Virus record (IMG/VR): IMGVR_UViG_3300006169_000038
Location: 1 to 54,505 of that record
Reading direction: 5' to 3' (one strand)
Origin: a virus
DNA: 54,505 nt
Made by a program: the position numbers and the translations under genes. The notes beneath the pieces are model-generated. The model was not told the DNA's origin. It saw only the letters and a program-made list of their open reading frames with translations, and did not search any database. Shown piece by piece: positions 26,134-35,150 of this stretch (its first letter is position 1; every line of letters begins with the position of its first letter).

Positions 26134-26334
26134 ATGCAGGGGTACTACACCGCCAAGCAAGTCGGGGACCGTTTGGGAATCTCGGAAAGCCGGGTACGGG
26201 ATCTGGCGCGAACGCTGAGCCTGGGGCTTAAGGTGAATCCACGGCTCTGGATGTTCACCGAGGCCGACATCGAGCAGATGCGTCAGCGCGATACGAAGCG
26301 CGGGCCGAAGTCACGGAAGGGGCGGGCGGAATGA
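26134..26334 (+). CDS. MerR/excisionase-type helix-turn-helix protein (Cro-like regulator or recombination directionality factor candidate)
   Basis: YYTAKQVGDRLGISESRVRDLAR...MFTEADIEQM. Confidence 0.6.
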   Translation: MQGYYTAKQVGDRLGISESRVRDLARTLSLGLKVNPRLWMFTEADIEQMRQRDTKRGPKSRKGRAE

Positions 26335-26555
26335 GTGAGAGTATGGATCGATCGACTGGGTGGGAACACCGTGTACCACTACAGGAACAACTAGATGAGG
26401 CCGAAGCCGAGATCGAACGCCTCACCGCCCAGCGTGACCGGCTGCGGAAGTATATCCTTGTCAATATCTGGCAGGGCCTCGAAGGCGTCTACGATGCGCG
26501 CGAGGTCGAACTCAACATCGCTAGTCTCCACGAAGGGGACCTGACCGCCCCATGA
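26331..26555 (+). CDS. Hypothetical coiled-coil protein
   Basis: 74 aa; ATGA overlap. Confidence 0.5.
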   Translation: MSESMDRSTGWEHRVPLQEQLDEAEAEIERLTAQRDRLRKYILVNIWQGLEGVYDAREVELNIASLHEGDLTAP

Positions 26556-26905
26556 ATCGCGCACCCGCCTGGTGGCCGCTCGACGGCGAGCCGATCGGCC
26601 CGGAGCGCGTGGACGAGCTCTTCGCGTTCCTCCAGCGCGCCGCCCCGCGTGCCGTGGAGGCAGCCCGCGCCCATCTCGCCGCCCGCTATCCCGGCACCGA
26701 GCCCAGCGTCTACGCCTTGCCACGGGACCAGCTCGCCGGCCTCGTGCTCGACCCCACCATGACCGGCATCTCCGTGGGCTCGGTCAGTGTCCGCCGGCCC
26801 GACGAGGGGATCGAGGTGGTCAGCATCATGCTCATGCGATCCGGGCACATGGGCATCGGCTACCGGGACGAGGCGCGCCGTGCGGTCACGGTGGTGGTGG
26901 GATAG
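26552..26905 (+). CDS. Hypothetical protein
   Basis: 117 aa; ATGA overlap. Confidence 0.5.
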   Translation: MNRAPAWWPLDGEPIGPERVDELFAFLQRAAPRAVEAARAHLAARYPGTEPSVYALPRDQLAGLVLDPTMTGISVGSVSVRRPDEGIEVVSIMLMRSGHMGIGYRDEARRAVTVVVG

Positions 26906-26960
26906 CCGAGTATCATTGCCAATACCCATCGGTGTTTCGTGATGTAGGCGGTAGTTTGCC

Positions 26961-28463
26961 TCATGAAATACGGATGAGGGTGGCGTATGGCGGGGCGTAG
27001 GTGATCGTCACCGTCGGCGCAAGGTGGGACCGTCCGCGCAATGGTGGCCGGGCATCGATGGTAATCCGCGCGCCCACCTCCAGGAGGAACCGCCGCAGCG
27101 CCGTGTCGAGTTCGGCCTGGGTCGCTGGATCGTTGGACGTGAGTGGGACCCACTGCGCCGCATCGCCCAGCACCGCCGCTGCCCGGTGGTACGTCGCGGG
27201 ATCGGGTGGAGCGGGCAGGGTGGCCAGTTCGGCATCGATCACGGCGACCTGGGCCGCTGCCTCACGATCGGCCTCCAGCCAGCGGTCGGCGTCGAGCCGG
27301 CCATCCCGGTAGAGTGCCAGGAGCCGATCCTGCCCATCCTGCGCCTTGCGCCGTTGCCGCTCCAGGGCCACCCGCCGACGCTGCGCCGTATCGCTCCCGG
27401 CCTGCGTCCGGGCGTGTGCGATTGCCGTTTCGGGCGTGGCTCTCCCGGCGAGGTCAGCGGCAAGCCGGACCCGCACAGCATCCTCGATCCAGTCCGCGCG
27501 GAAGGTTTGCTGGTGCGCCGGGTAAGTTTCCCCGTAGTTCGCCGTGCGTCCCTTCGCGCTGCATTGCCAGGAGCGCGGGTAGACGTTGCCCTTGGCGCCG
27601 CCCGGCGTGAGCGTATGCAGGTGCATCGGCAGGCCGCATCCGCCACAGGTGACCAGTTCTTCCAGCGGAGAACTGATCGTCTTTGCCTGTCGCGTGCGCT
27701 GTCGGGTGAGCCGGCGCTGGACAGCATCGAACACCGCCCGGTCGACCAGCGGCGGGTGCGCGTCCTCCATCTCCGACGTGTGCCCCAGATAGGCGCGGTT
27801 ATGCAGGATGCCGGCCACCGATCGCCACGACCAGGACCGGCCGCCGCGGAACTCAGCCAGCGCCGGGTCATGGCGGATCCAGCGCACAATCTCCATCACC
27901 GTCGCCCCACCGGCCACGCGATCGAAGACCTCGGCCACGAACGCCGCCGGCACCGGGTCCGGTACTAACCGCTGCGTCGGGCCGTCACGGACGTAGCCGA
28001 ACGGTACCCGGCCATGCCAGCCGCCCCGCCGCATCTTCTGGCGCACGGCCGCGCTGACATACTCGGCGAGGTCCGTGGAGTACCAGTCGGCGATCAGGGC
28101 CGACATCTGGACCATCCGCGTATCGGCGCTCTCGGTGGCACTCAGGAGCGCCACGCCCCGGTCCTGCAGCTCACCGTGCCCGTTGGCGAAGACGCGGACG
28201 CTGCGGGCGAACCGGCTGTACTTGTAGGTGATGACGGCGGCCACGTCGCGCCGGTCTCGGATGTCGGACAGCAGTTGCCGGTAGGCCGGCCGGTTATCGG
28301 TGCGGCCCGAAATGTCCTGATCCTCGTAGACATGCACGATCTCGTACCCATGGCCGGCGGCCCACCGTCGAATCTGGTCGGCCTGCATCGCGCAACTGAG
28401 CGAGTCGCCCTCGTCCTCGGCCTTGGTCTTCGATTGCCGGACGTAGCCGAACGCCGGCGTCAC
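26961..28463 (-). CDS. int: Large serine recombinase (integrase)
   Basis: AFGYVRQSKTK...SLSCAMQ...RTDNRPAYRQLL, followed by a recombinase domain and a zinc ribbon (CGGCGLPMH...WQC). The GTG 28463 start forms a GTGA overlap with the upstream ORF. The longest ORF starts at 28502. Confidence 0.9.
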   Translation of the reverse strand: MTPAFGYVRQSKTKAEDEGDSLSCAMQADQIRRWAAGHGYEIVHVYEDQDISGRTDNRPAYRQLLSDIRDRRDVAAVITYKYSRFARSVRVFANGHGELQDRGVALLSATESADTRMVQMSALIADWYSTDLAEYVSAAVRQKMRRGGWHGRVPFGYVRDGPTQRLVPDPVPAAFVAEVFDRVAGGATVMEIVRWIRHDPALAEFRGGRSWSWRSVAGILHNRAYLGHTSEMEDAHPPLVDRAVFDAVQRRLTRQRTRQAKTISSPLEELVTCGGCGLPMHLHTLTPGGAKGNVYPRSWQCSAKGRTANYGETYPAHQQTFRADWIEDAVRVRLAADLAGRATPETAIAHARTQAGSDTAQRRRVALERQRRKAQDGQDRLLALYRDGRLDADRWLEADREAAAQVAVIDAELATLPAPPDPATYHRAAAVLGDAAQWVPLTSNDPATQAELDTALRRFLLEVGARITIDARPPLRGRSHLAPTVTITYAPPYATLIRIS

Positions 28464-28705
28464 GCGATCTTCCGCTTTGCGTAGAGCGCCTGGACCAGGC
28501 ATTCCAGTTCCCCGTTCGTGATGTGGGCGAGCACGATGCGCATGGCCGCGTCATCGTCGGGATTCCGCATGATCAGGGTGCCGCGTGGGGTTGTTTCCAC
28601 GACACAGGTGTACGCGTCACTAATATTGCCGCTCTCGCCAAAATGCAAATAGATCCCGACCGGGGTACGAAACACTGCGTGCGAATCCATGCGGACAACC
28701 CTCAC
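28460..28705 (-). CDS. Hypothetical protein translationally coupled to the integrase
   Basis: 81 aa; GTGA overlap. Confidence 0.5.
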   Translation of the reverse strand: MRVVRMDSHAVFRTPVGIYLHFGESGNISDAYTCVVETTPRGTLIMRNPDDDAAMRIVLAHITNGELECLVQALYAKRKIA

Positions 28706-28743
28706 GGGATAGGCACTGCCGCCGGGTGGCGGGTCCCGTGCGG

Positions 28744-29184
28744 TCAGGCTGTTCGGTTGGTAGAACGGTCTTCAACGGATGGTGCCGGACGGTCACGCCG
28801 CGTGCCATAGGCCTTTTGGGCTAGACCGATCGCGAGCTCAGCGTGCCGGGTCACAACCTCCACCTCGGCATCAGTCGCGCCGGCCAGCACATCGAGCAAC
28901 TGGGCGCGGGACGTTCCCTTCTCAACGGCATGGGCGATCCCCGGTTCCGCCGCTTCCGGGTCGAGGTAGCCCAACTCCTCTAATTGCGTACGCATCGAAA
29001 GCCCCAAAACACGCCACATTGCCCGAACCAACCATGGTTCAGGCGGTGTTGTGGGCCGACCCAGCTCCCATCGGGACACGAACGACTTGTCCCGCCCGAT
29101 CTCGCGGCCGAGACGGTCCTGGTCCCATCCCTTTGCTTCGCGCGCTGCCCGGATCAGGGCACCGTACTTCTCGTTCTCATTCAT
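28744..29184 (-). CDS. XRE-family repressor (CI-like); probably leaderless
   Basis: GALIRAAREAKGWDQDRLGREIGRDKSFVSRWELG. Start ATG 29184 lies 6 nt after a -10 element. The longest ORF extends to 29241. Confidence 0.7.
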   Translation of the reverse strand: MNENEKYGALIRAAREAKGWDQDRLGREIGRDKSFVSRWELGRPTTPPEPWLVRAMWRVLGLSMRTQLEELGYLDPEAAEPGIAHAVEKGTSRAQLLDVLAGATDAEVEVVTRHAELAIGLAQKAYGTRRDRPAPSVEDRSTNRTA

Positions 29185-29190
29185 GGCGTC

Positions 29191-29219
29191 AATATCACGG
29201 TCTTGGTATCGAGTTGCAA
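29191..29219 (-). promoter_or_regulatory. Repressor promoter
   Basis: On the minus strand: TTGCAA, 17-nt spacer, GATATT, then 6 nt to the ATG. Confidence 0.55.
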
Positions 29220-29222
29220 GAC

Positions 29223-29251
29223 TTGACGTCGGGATTCGCATAGGTTACTAT
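29223..29251 (+). promoter_or_regulatory. Rightward early promoter
   Basis: TTGACG, 17-nt spacer, TACTAT; its -35 lies 3 bp from the divergent -35. Confidence 0.55.
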
Positions 29252-29291
29252 CCACGTAGCACGACACGAGACACACGACAGGAGATTGACC

Positions 29292-29516
29292 ATGGCCTAC
29301 CCCTCGATCCCGGAGAAACGCCGCAAGCGTGGAATCGGGTTAGCGCTTGAAGCCGAGACGCTGGAGCAGGTCGAAGCGCTTGCAGGGGGAACCGGCAAGC
29401 GATCCGAGTTCCTTCGCGAGACGATCGACGCTGGCCTGATCGTCCGGTTCGGGACCAACTGGCGAGAGATCGCCAACGAGTTGATCGCCACGAACACCGA
29501 CCTGAGGGCCGCCTAG
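29292..29516 (+). CDS. Ribbon-helix-helix (CopG/Arc-like) regulator; Cro analogue
   Basis: KRRKRGIGLALEAETLEQVEALAG...KRSEFLRETI. Confidence 0.6.
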   Translation: MAYPSIPEKRRKRGIGLALEAETLEQVEALAGGTGKRSEFLRETIDAGLIVRFGTNWREIANELIATNTDLRAA

Positions 29517-29518
29517 CC

Positions 29519-29737
29519 ATGATGGACTGCCCGACGTGCGGCCCGGTGCCGCACCAACTCCAGCACGACCTCACCCGTTGCCGCCTCGTCTGCCGCACCT
29601 GCGGCTATCAGCACCCGTGGATGACCGCCGATGAAGGGCGCGCCATGGTCGATGTCGCCATCGCGGTCCTGCGCGGCTTGCCGGGGGCGTTGCGTGCCAC
29701 GGCGGATGCCGCAGCCGCCGAACGGACGGCCGCGTGA
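29519..29737 (+). CDS. Small zinc-ribbon protein
   Basis: CPTCG...CRTCG. Confidence 0.5.
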   Translation: MMDCPTCGPVPHQLQHDLTRCRLVCRTCGYQHPWMTADEGRAMVDVAIAVLRGLPGALRATADAAAAERTAA

Positions 29738-30234
29738 GCGCCCCGGTTCGTCCCTTCCAGTGCCGTCTCGCCACCGCGTCACCTTCCGTGATTGCGTTTC
29801 CACTGGCGGGCCTGAGCGACGGCGGCATTGGGACGGGCGAAGCGTGCAGCCACACGCGTCCGAGCACACCCACCCCCCTCCATTCCCTCTTCACGCGCCG
29901 CACCCTCGGCGTAGGGTCCAACCTCCACACCACCCCTCTGAGCCGGCCGGCCTGCTTGACAAGCGGGCCCGGTCGCACCTGGACGGCGCCCATCAGCCCA
30001 GCCGGTGGCGTCCAGATGCGAACGATCCGCCGCGTAGTTCCAGCCACAGAAAGGCCTCCATATCGAACAGACGCGCTGACAACGAAAGCACCGCAGTGGA
30101 CCGGGGCGGCGGGTGTCCTGCACGCCGCAGGGCGATCAATCGGCCTGACCGCCCCGATCACCACCATTGGGACCATCATGCACGCGCTGGAGGGCGTGCA
30201 CATTATTGGCACCTCACCCCGCAAAGGTTCCGCC

Positions 30235-30555
30235 ATGAACACCCCGCACGCGCTCGATGAATCCCTTATCGATTTCGCCGTGTTCCGCCGGAAGATGCTC
30301 CGGCACTTCCTCAAGGACCGCACCCTCGATCCCGACGAACGTGCCCTCCTCGACGAGTTCGACGGCGAGCACGAAGACCTCGCCGCCTACCGGGCCCGCC
30401 AAGTCGCGGCCCAGTCGTACGAGCGCAACGGGGACACCCGCCGCACCCGCGAGGCGTTCCGCCACGCCGGGCGCGAGTTGGTCGACCTCGATGCCGAGCG
30501 CCGCCGCCGTGGCGCGAACGTGATCGCCTTCCCCAGCCGGCAAGACGCCGGGTAG
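30235..30555 (+). CDS. Hypothetical protein; the ORF is open from GTG 29734 but the upstream 500 nt look non-coding
   Basis: Protein-like text begins at MNTPHALDESLIDFAVFRRKML. Confidence 0.5.
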   Translation: MNTPHALDESLIDFAVFRRKMLRHFLKDRTLDPDERALLDEFDGEHEDLAAYRARQVAAQSYERNGDTRRTREAFRHAGRELVDLDAERRRRGANVIAFPSRQDAG

Positions 30556-30599
30556 CAGAACGCCCTCACGGCGGCAACCGTGGGGCGCTCACAGGAGCT

Positions 30600-30878
30600 A
30601 TGAGAATGCTTCACCGACATGATACCAGACCCGCGCTCAGCATCACCCACTACCCCGCGTACGACACGCGGTTCGGGCTGGTCCCGGAAAAGACCTGCAT
30701 CACCACTGGCTACGTCTCTGGGGATTGGTGGGTGCACGGCACGCGCGCCGGGGACGACCTCCGCATCTTCTTCGGCGGGTGCCTCGTCGACCTCGATCCC
30801 GGCATCGTCAGCCACCAGGACGCCGTGGCGTTCTGCGTGCGGCAGTTCGGCCGGACGGAAGGGCGGGTGGCGGCGTGA
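30600..30878 (+). CDS. Hypothetical protein
   Basis: 92-aa ORF. Confidence 0.5.
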   Translation: MRMLHRHDTRPALSITHYPAYDTRFGLVPEKTCITTGYVSGDWWVHGTRAGDDLRIFFGGCLVDLDPGIVSHQDAVAFCVRQFGRTEGRVAA

Positions 30879-31183
30879 GCAGGCCCACATACACCGACGA
30901 GGACGTGACGGAAATCGTAGAGGCCAGCAAGGTCATGCTGAACATCCACGCCGCGTCCATTGCCCCTGCAATGAGGGGCAGGCTCAAACGTGCCCTCGCC
31001 CCCTTCCAGCCCGACCCCGACGAGGCGCTGATCGAGGCAATTGCGCAGGAGGTCTACAACCTGCACCGCCAGCCGCATTGGAGCACCTGGGAAGCGACGA
31101 GTGAGAGTGGTCGGCGCATGTCCTATGACACGGCCCGCGCTGCCCTCGCCGCCTATCGCGCGCACGAAGGGGGCGGCAAGTGA
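30875..31183 (+). CDS. Hypothetical protein
   Basis: GTGA overlap; 102 aa. Confidence 0.5.
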   Translation: MSRPTYTDEDVTEIVEASKVMLNIHAASIAPAMRGRLKRALAPFQPDPDEALIEAIAQEVYNLHRQPHWSTWEATSESGRRMSYDTARAALAAYRAHEGGGK

Positions 31184-31542
31184 GCCGCGCGCGCAAGACC
31201 GAGCGCAACGCGGCCATCGTCGCCATGCGCGACGCCGGCGAGAGCTACGTCGCAATTGCCCGCGCGTTCGGGATCTGCACCAGGACCGCGCGCGACGTGT
31301 ACGAGCGCTCCTGTGACGACCGGGCCACGCCCCGCCGCCGCATTTCGATGCTCTCGTTCGACGCGCTCATTGACACCTGGAATCACCTCAACGCCCGCGA
31401 GCGGGCTGCCCGCGCCGCCGAGTGCCGCACGAAGGGCCATGACTATCGCGAGTGCCCGTTCAGCACACCCGGCGACCCGGTGCTGGTCTGCCGCAGGTGT
31501 CTCAACTACGTGCATCCCGAAGAACGACAGGCGGCCGCATGA
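31180..31542 (+). CDS. Helix-turn-helix DNA-binding protein (Hin or sigma region-4 like) with a Cys-rich C-terminus
   Basis: RNAAIVAMRDAGESYVAIARAFGICTRTARDVY. Confidence 0.55.
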   Translation: MSRARKTERNAAIVAMRDAGESYVAIARAFGICTRTARDVYERSCDDRATPRRRISMLSFDALIDTWNHLNARERAARAAECRTKGHDYRECPFSTPGDPVLVCRRCLNYVHPEERQAAA

Positions 31543-31636
31543 TCTGGCCCCGCCTCACCTGGCTCTGCCACTGCGGTCCGTGGTGGCCGCGCGTCCACTG
31601 GGTGATTACCGACACCATCCGAAAGGATTCTGCACG

Positions 31637-31930
31637 ATGACCGACACCTCGCAGCCGTCCCCATTCGCCGCTCGCCTGCTCGGCGCGACCCATCGCCCCA
31701 GGTACAAGGGCGTCTCGCAAGCGGTGATCGAACGGTGGCGCCTCAACATCGCGCGCGACCTCATCAGCCGGTGCGAGATGGCGCGGTTGCTCGGCATTCA
31801 CCGGGACACCGTCTACCGGATGCTGCGCGACGGCACGATCCCGCTGACGCCAAAGGTGATCAACGGCGAGCCGTACTACGACCGGGCCGGATTCAACGAC
31901 TGGCTGGCCGGGCAGGAGCAGGCGGCGTGA
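31637..31930 (+). CDS. Excisionase-family helix-turn-helix protein
   Basis: EMARLLGIHRDTVYRMLRDGTIPLTPKVINGEPYYDRAGFNDWL. Confidence 0.6.
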   Translation: MTDTSQPSPFAARLLGATHRPRYKGVSQAVIERWRLNIARDLISRCEMARLLGIHRDTVYRMLRDGTIPLTPKVINGEPYYDRAGFNDWLAGQEQAA

Positions 31931-32205
31931 CCGCCTACATAGCCGGGGACCGGGTGCGCGTGATCGCAGCCGTGTTCCCCAAGGTGGCGGGCACCGTGAC
32001 CGATCCCGCCTACGCCCTGAGCTGGTTGACCGTGCTGGTGCGCACCGACCAGGACGACCGCGAATGGCCGTTCGCCCCTGAAGAACTGGAGCCCATCGAT
32101 GACCGAGAACACCCCCAAGGCATTCGACCCGAGCCGCTTCCTGACGCTGGTGAGCGGCAAGGAGTATCTGGAAGTGAAGTGGCGCCTCGTCTGGCTGCGG
32201 AGTGA
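31927..32205 (+). CDS. Hypothetical protein; its 3' end overlaps the next gene by about 107 nt
   Basis: GTGA overlap; GC3 drops after about 32100. Confidence 0.4.
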   Translation: MTAYIAGDRVRVIAAVFPKVAGTVTDPAYALSWLTVLVRTDQDDREWPFAPEELEPIDDREHPQGIRPEPLPDAGERQGVSGSEVAPRLAAE

Positions 32206-32725
32206 ACAACCCGATGCCGTGATCGACACCGAGTTGGTGAGCCACGCCAACAATGCCGCCGTCTTCAAGGCGTACGTCAAGATCCCCGATGGTGGCAGCG
32301 CGACAGGCTACGGCTCCGAGGACGCGCAGGGATTCGGGGACTACCTGGAGAAAGCCGAGACCAAGGCCATCGGACGCGCGCTCTCCGCGCTCGGCTTCGG
32401 CACCCAGTTCGCCTACGACCACGACTACGGGTCCGCATCCGGCCGGGTCGTGGATGCCCCGGTGGCCCTTTCCTCGCGTCAGGGACCGCCACAACGCGAT
32501 TCGGGGCCGTCGTACGACCGCCCCGGCCCGTCAAGTGATCTCGCCGCCACCGAACGACAGCGGAGTTTGATCCAGACCCTCGCCCGCGAACAGAAGATCA
32601 GCAGCCAGGCGCTGGACGACATCGCCCGCGAGCGCACCGGACAGGCATACGCCGAGATCACCCGCAAGGATGCCTCCACCTTGATCGAGCACCTGCGGGA
32701 AGCGTTGCCAGCGGCGAGGGCGTAG
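32099..32725 (+). CDS. Rad52/Sak-like single-strand annealing protein (probable)
   Basis: YLEVKWRLVWLR...ATGYGSE...EKAETKAIGRALSALGFG pattern. Confidence 0.5.
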   Translation: MTENTPKAFDPSRFLTLVSGKEYLEVKWRLVWLRSEQPDAVIDTELVSHANNAAVFKAYVKIPDGGSATGYGSEDAQGFGDYLEKAETKAIGRALSALGFGTQFAYDHDYGSASGRVVDAPVALSSRQGPPQRDSGPSYDRPGPSSDLAATERQRSLIQTLAREQKISSQALDDIARERTGQAYAEITRKDASTLIEHLREALPAARA

Positions 32726-32727
32726 CC

Positions 32728-33225
32728 ATGACCGCATCACAACGCGCGATCGCGCTGGACATGATCGAACAGTTCTGGAGTCAGGTTCTGCAATCTGACA
32801 TGGACTCATGTTGGATTTGGTTGGGTCGCAGCGGCCACCACGGTTACGGCCAATTTACCTACAAGGGGTGGCGCATCTACGCCCACCGGGCCGCGTTCAT
32901 GCTCAGCAACGACGCAGACATCAGCGAGATGTGCGTCTGCCATCACTGCGATAACCCGAGCTGCGTGAATCCCGCCCACCTATTCCTCGGCACCACTGCC
33001 GAAAACTTGCGGGACATGACGAGCAAGGGCCGGCGGGTTCATGGTGAGCGTCATGGGCAGTCACGACTGACCACGGGGCAGGTACACCGGATTTTTGACC
33101 TTAGGGAATCCGGCATGTCCCACGGAAAGATTGCCGAAGAGATCGGTATATGTCGCCAACATGTCACCGACATCCTCGCAGGAAAGAGGTGGAATCACAT
33201 TCACCGGGAGAGGATCGCCGCATGA
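32728..33225 (+). CDS. HNH_3-type endonuclease with a C-terminal helix-turn-helix
   Basis: CWIWLGRSGHHGYGQF...AHRAAF...CHHCDNPSCVNPAHLFLGTTAEN. Confidence 0.85.
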   Translation: MTASQRAIALDMIEQFWSQVLQSDMDSCWIWLGRSGHHGYGQFTYKGWRIYAHRAAFMLSNDADISEMCVCHHCDNPSCVNPAHLFLGTTAENLRDMTSKGRRVHGERHGQSRLTTGQVHRIFDLRESGMSHGKIAEEIGICRQHVTDILAGKRWNHIHRERIAA

Positions 33226-33590
33226 ACGGAGCATCCCCAAGAGCAATGAAGCACATTCACGCCGCCGCGAAGGATGCCGGGGTCGGGGACACCTCCCAGG
33301 CGATCCACAACCGCCTCCACGGCTGGGCCGCTTCGCTCGGCTACGCCAGCCTCTCGGACATGAGCGATCACGAGCTCGACAGCATGGCGTGGGAGATCAA
33401 GGCCGATCCCGAGGTCATGGCCGCCTGGTTTGACGGCTTTATCCCGGAGCCGTGGGAGGCGATGGACCCCACCGAGAACGCCGAGCCCGGAGATTCCGCC
33501 ACCCTGTTCGGCCGATACGCGCCGGACTTCCTCGCCGACCTCAACGCCGAGGCCGACCGCATCCAGCGCGCCAACCACTATCGCGACTAG
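33222..33590 (+). CDS. Hypothetical protein
   Basis: ATGA overlap; 122 aa. Confidence 0.5.
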   Translation: MNGASPRAMKHIHAAAKDAGVGDTSQAIHNRLHGWAASLGYASLSDMSDHELDSMAWEIKADPEVMAAWFDGFIPEPWEAMDPTENAEPGDSATLFGRYAPDFLADLNAEADRIQRANHYRD

Positions 33591-33599
33591 GAGCCACCG

Positions 33600-33899
33600 A
33601 TGGCACGTAGCGACGCCTCCGACCCCATGCTGCCGCTCGGCACCAACCGATGCAAGTGCGTGAAGTGCAGCCGGTACTTCTCGACCGTCAGCACCTTCGA
33701 CAAGCACCAGCGCACCCGTGCTGATGGCCGCCCCGAGTGCCGCGACCCGGAAACGGTTGGCCTGGTGCGTTCCGAGGCCGGGTACTGGCAGGGTCCATCC
33801 CCGGAAGTGCCCCGATTTGCATCAGCGGAACGTGAGGGCGCGACGGAAGGGGCGGGAGTGGTATCCGGAGCCACATCGCCCCAACGACCCCTGTTTTGA
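33600..33899 (+). CDS. Small zinc-finger protein
   Basis: CKCVKCSRYFSTVSTFDKHQR. Confidence 0.5.
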   Translation: MARSDASDPMLPLGTNRCKCVKCSRYFSTVSTFDKHQRTRADGRPECRDPETVGLVRSEAGYWQGPSPEVPRFASAEREGATEGAGVVSGATSPQRPLF

Positions 33900-33934
33900 C
33901 CCCGTTTTCCGGTTACGAAAGGGAACTACCCACC

Positions 33935-34207
33935 ATGACCTACCAGCCCCAGTCCGCCGCCTACGGCATCACGATCGCCGTCGATGACCGCGTGCGCCAT
34001 CTCGACACCGGCCGCGACGCGCGGGTGGTCAGCCCTCGCGTGAAGGATCGCGTCAACGTCCGCGTGCACTACGAGGATGCCGAGGGCGGCTACGCCAGCC
34101 TCTCGCCGAGCCGCCTGCTGTTCCTCGACCGCGCCGTGGGCGGGTCGGGTGCGCCGGCGCCGTGCCTCGCCGCGTTGCGGGATCGCCGGGAAGGGGTACC
34201 GGCATGA
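33935..34207 (+). CDS. Hypothetical protein
   Basis: 90-aa ORF. Confidence 0.45.
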   Translation: MTYQPQSAAYGITIAVDDRVRHLDTGRDARVVSPRVKDRVNVRVHYEDAEGGYASLSPSRLLFLDRAVGGSGAPAPCLAALRDRREGVPA

Positions 34208-34515
34208 CGTTCGATCCTGCCGACTACCACCCGGATTGGCGCTGGATCGTGCGCCAGATCAACGACCAGGCCGGCAATCGCTGCGAATGGTGCGGGATCG
34301 GCAACGGCGAGATAGCGCGCAGTGGCGCGGTGGTGGTGCTCACCACCGCACACGCCTGCCACGACAAGCCCTGCATCGATCCTTCCCACCTGTTCGCGCT
34401 TTGCCAGCGCTGCCACCTGAACTACGACCGCGACCATCACATCGCCAATGCCCGCGAAACGCGCCGCCGCCGAATGATCGAAGCAGGACAGGCCACGCTA
34501 GGAGTGATCGCATGA
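34204..34515 (+). CDS. Small HNH endonuclease
   Basis: CEWCG...TTAHACHD...LCQRCHLNYDRDHH. Confidence 0.75.
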   Translation: MTFDPADYHPDWRWIVRQINDQAGNRCEWCGIGNGEIARSGAVVVLTTAHACHDKPCIDPSHLFALCQRCHLNYDRDHHIANARETRRRRMIEAGQATLGVIA

Positions 34516-34796
34516 CCACCACTGACATCGAGTCCGCCGCCCGCGCGGGGTACGAAACGTATTTCGGCAACCGCCGCACCTGGGATCGTGATCGGCCCAA
34601 TGTGCAGAAGCATTGGCTCGACGCCGCCGCCCGCGTGCTCAACGGGGAGGTCACGAACGGCCGCCATCTGCGGGCTGCCTACCTCGTGGACTGGGCGTCT
34701 TTGGCTTGGCAGGAATTGCGCCGACACGACCGCAACCTGTGGTCCGAGGTGCTAGCCGCGATGCGGAGCGCTGCGACGACGGAGGCGGCAGCGTGA
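34512..34796 (+). CDS. Hypothetical protein
   Basis: ATGA overlap; 94 aa. Confidence 0.5.
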   Translation: MTTTDIESAARAGYETYFGNRRTWDRDRPNVQKHWLDAAARVLNGEVTNGRHLRAAYLVDWASLAWQELRRHDRNLWSEVLAAMRSAATTEAAA

Positions 34797-34943
34797 ACCT
34801 TCCCGAAATCATCGTGTTCGTGGTAATGCCGGCGGTTGGGTTTGTTGGTGGCTGGGTGTGCGGGTGGCAGCACCGGAACATCTGGAACTTCCACCGATGG
34901 ATAACCCGGAGCGCGGCGTAGGCCGCGAACGTACGCGAAGGAA

Positions 34944-35150
34944 ATGGCCGAAATGGCGGGGAAAGTGGTATACTTGGACTCAAGTAAAGAACGAGGGCCG
35001 GCGGCACTGGACATGCCATCCGACCCTCTGACGGACTCGCTTGATGTAGCCAAGGAGCCGCTGATGCCTAATCATGGCATACCCCGCCCATCCGGGCAAT
35101 ATTCGTACACCCCTCACAATGAAATGTCCTGGTCAGGCGGTGTCGCGTGA
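34944..35150 (+). CDS. Hypothetical protein (lower-GC segment)
   Basis: 68-aa ORF. Confidence 0.4.
   Translation: MAEMAGKVVYLDSSKERGPAALDMPSDPLTDSLDVAKEPLMPNHGIPRPSGQYSYTPHNEMSWSGGVA

Noticed and set aside
29631-30260. 209-aa + strand ORF and 250-aa minus-strand ORF (29571-30323) in the poorly coding early region
   Set aside because: Both are Arg/Pro/His-rich without motifs. Neither frame shows better codon bias than the GTG 29734 frame. The region is reported as ambiguous instead.
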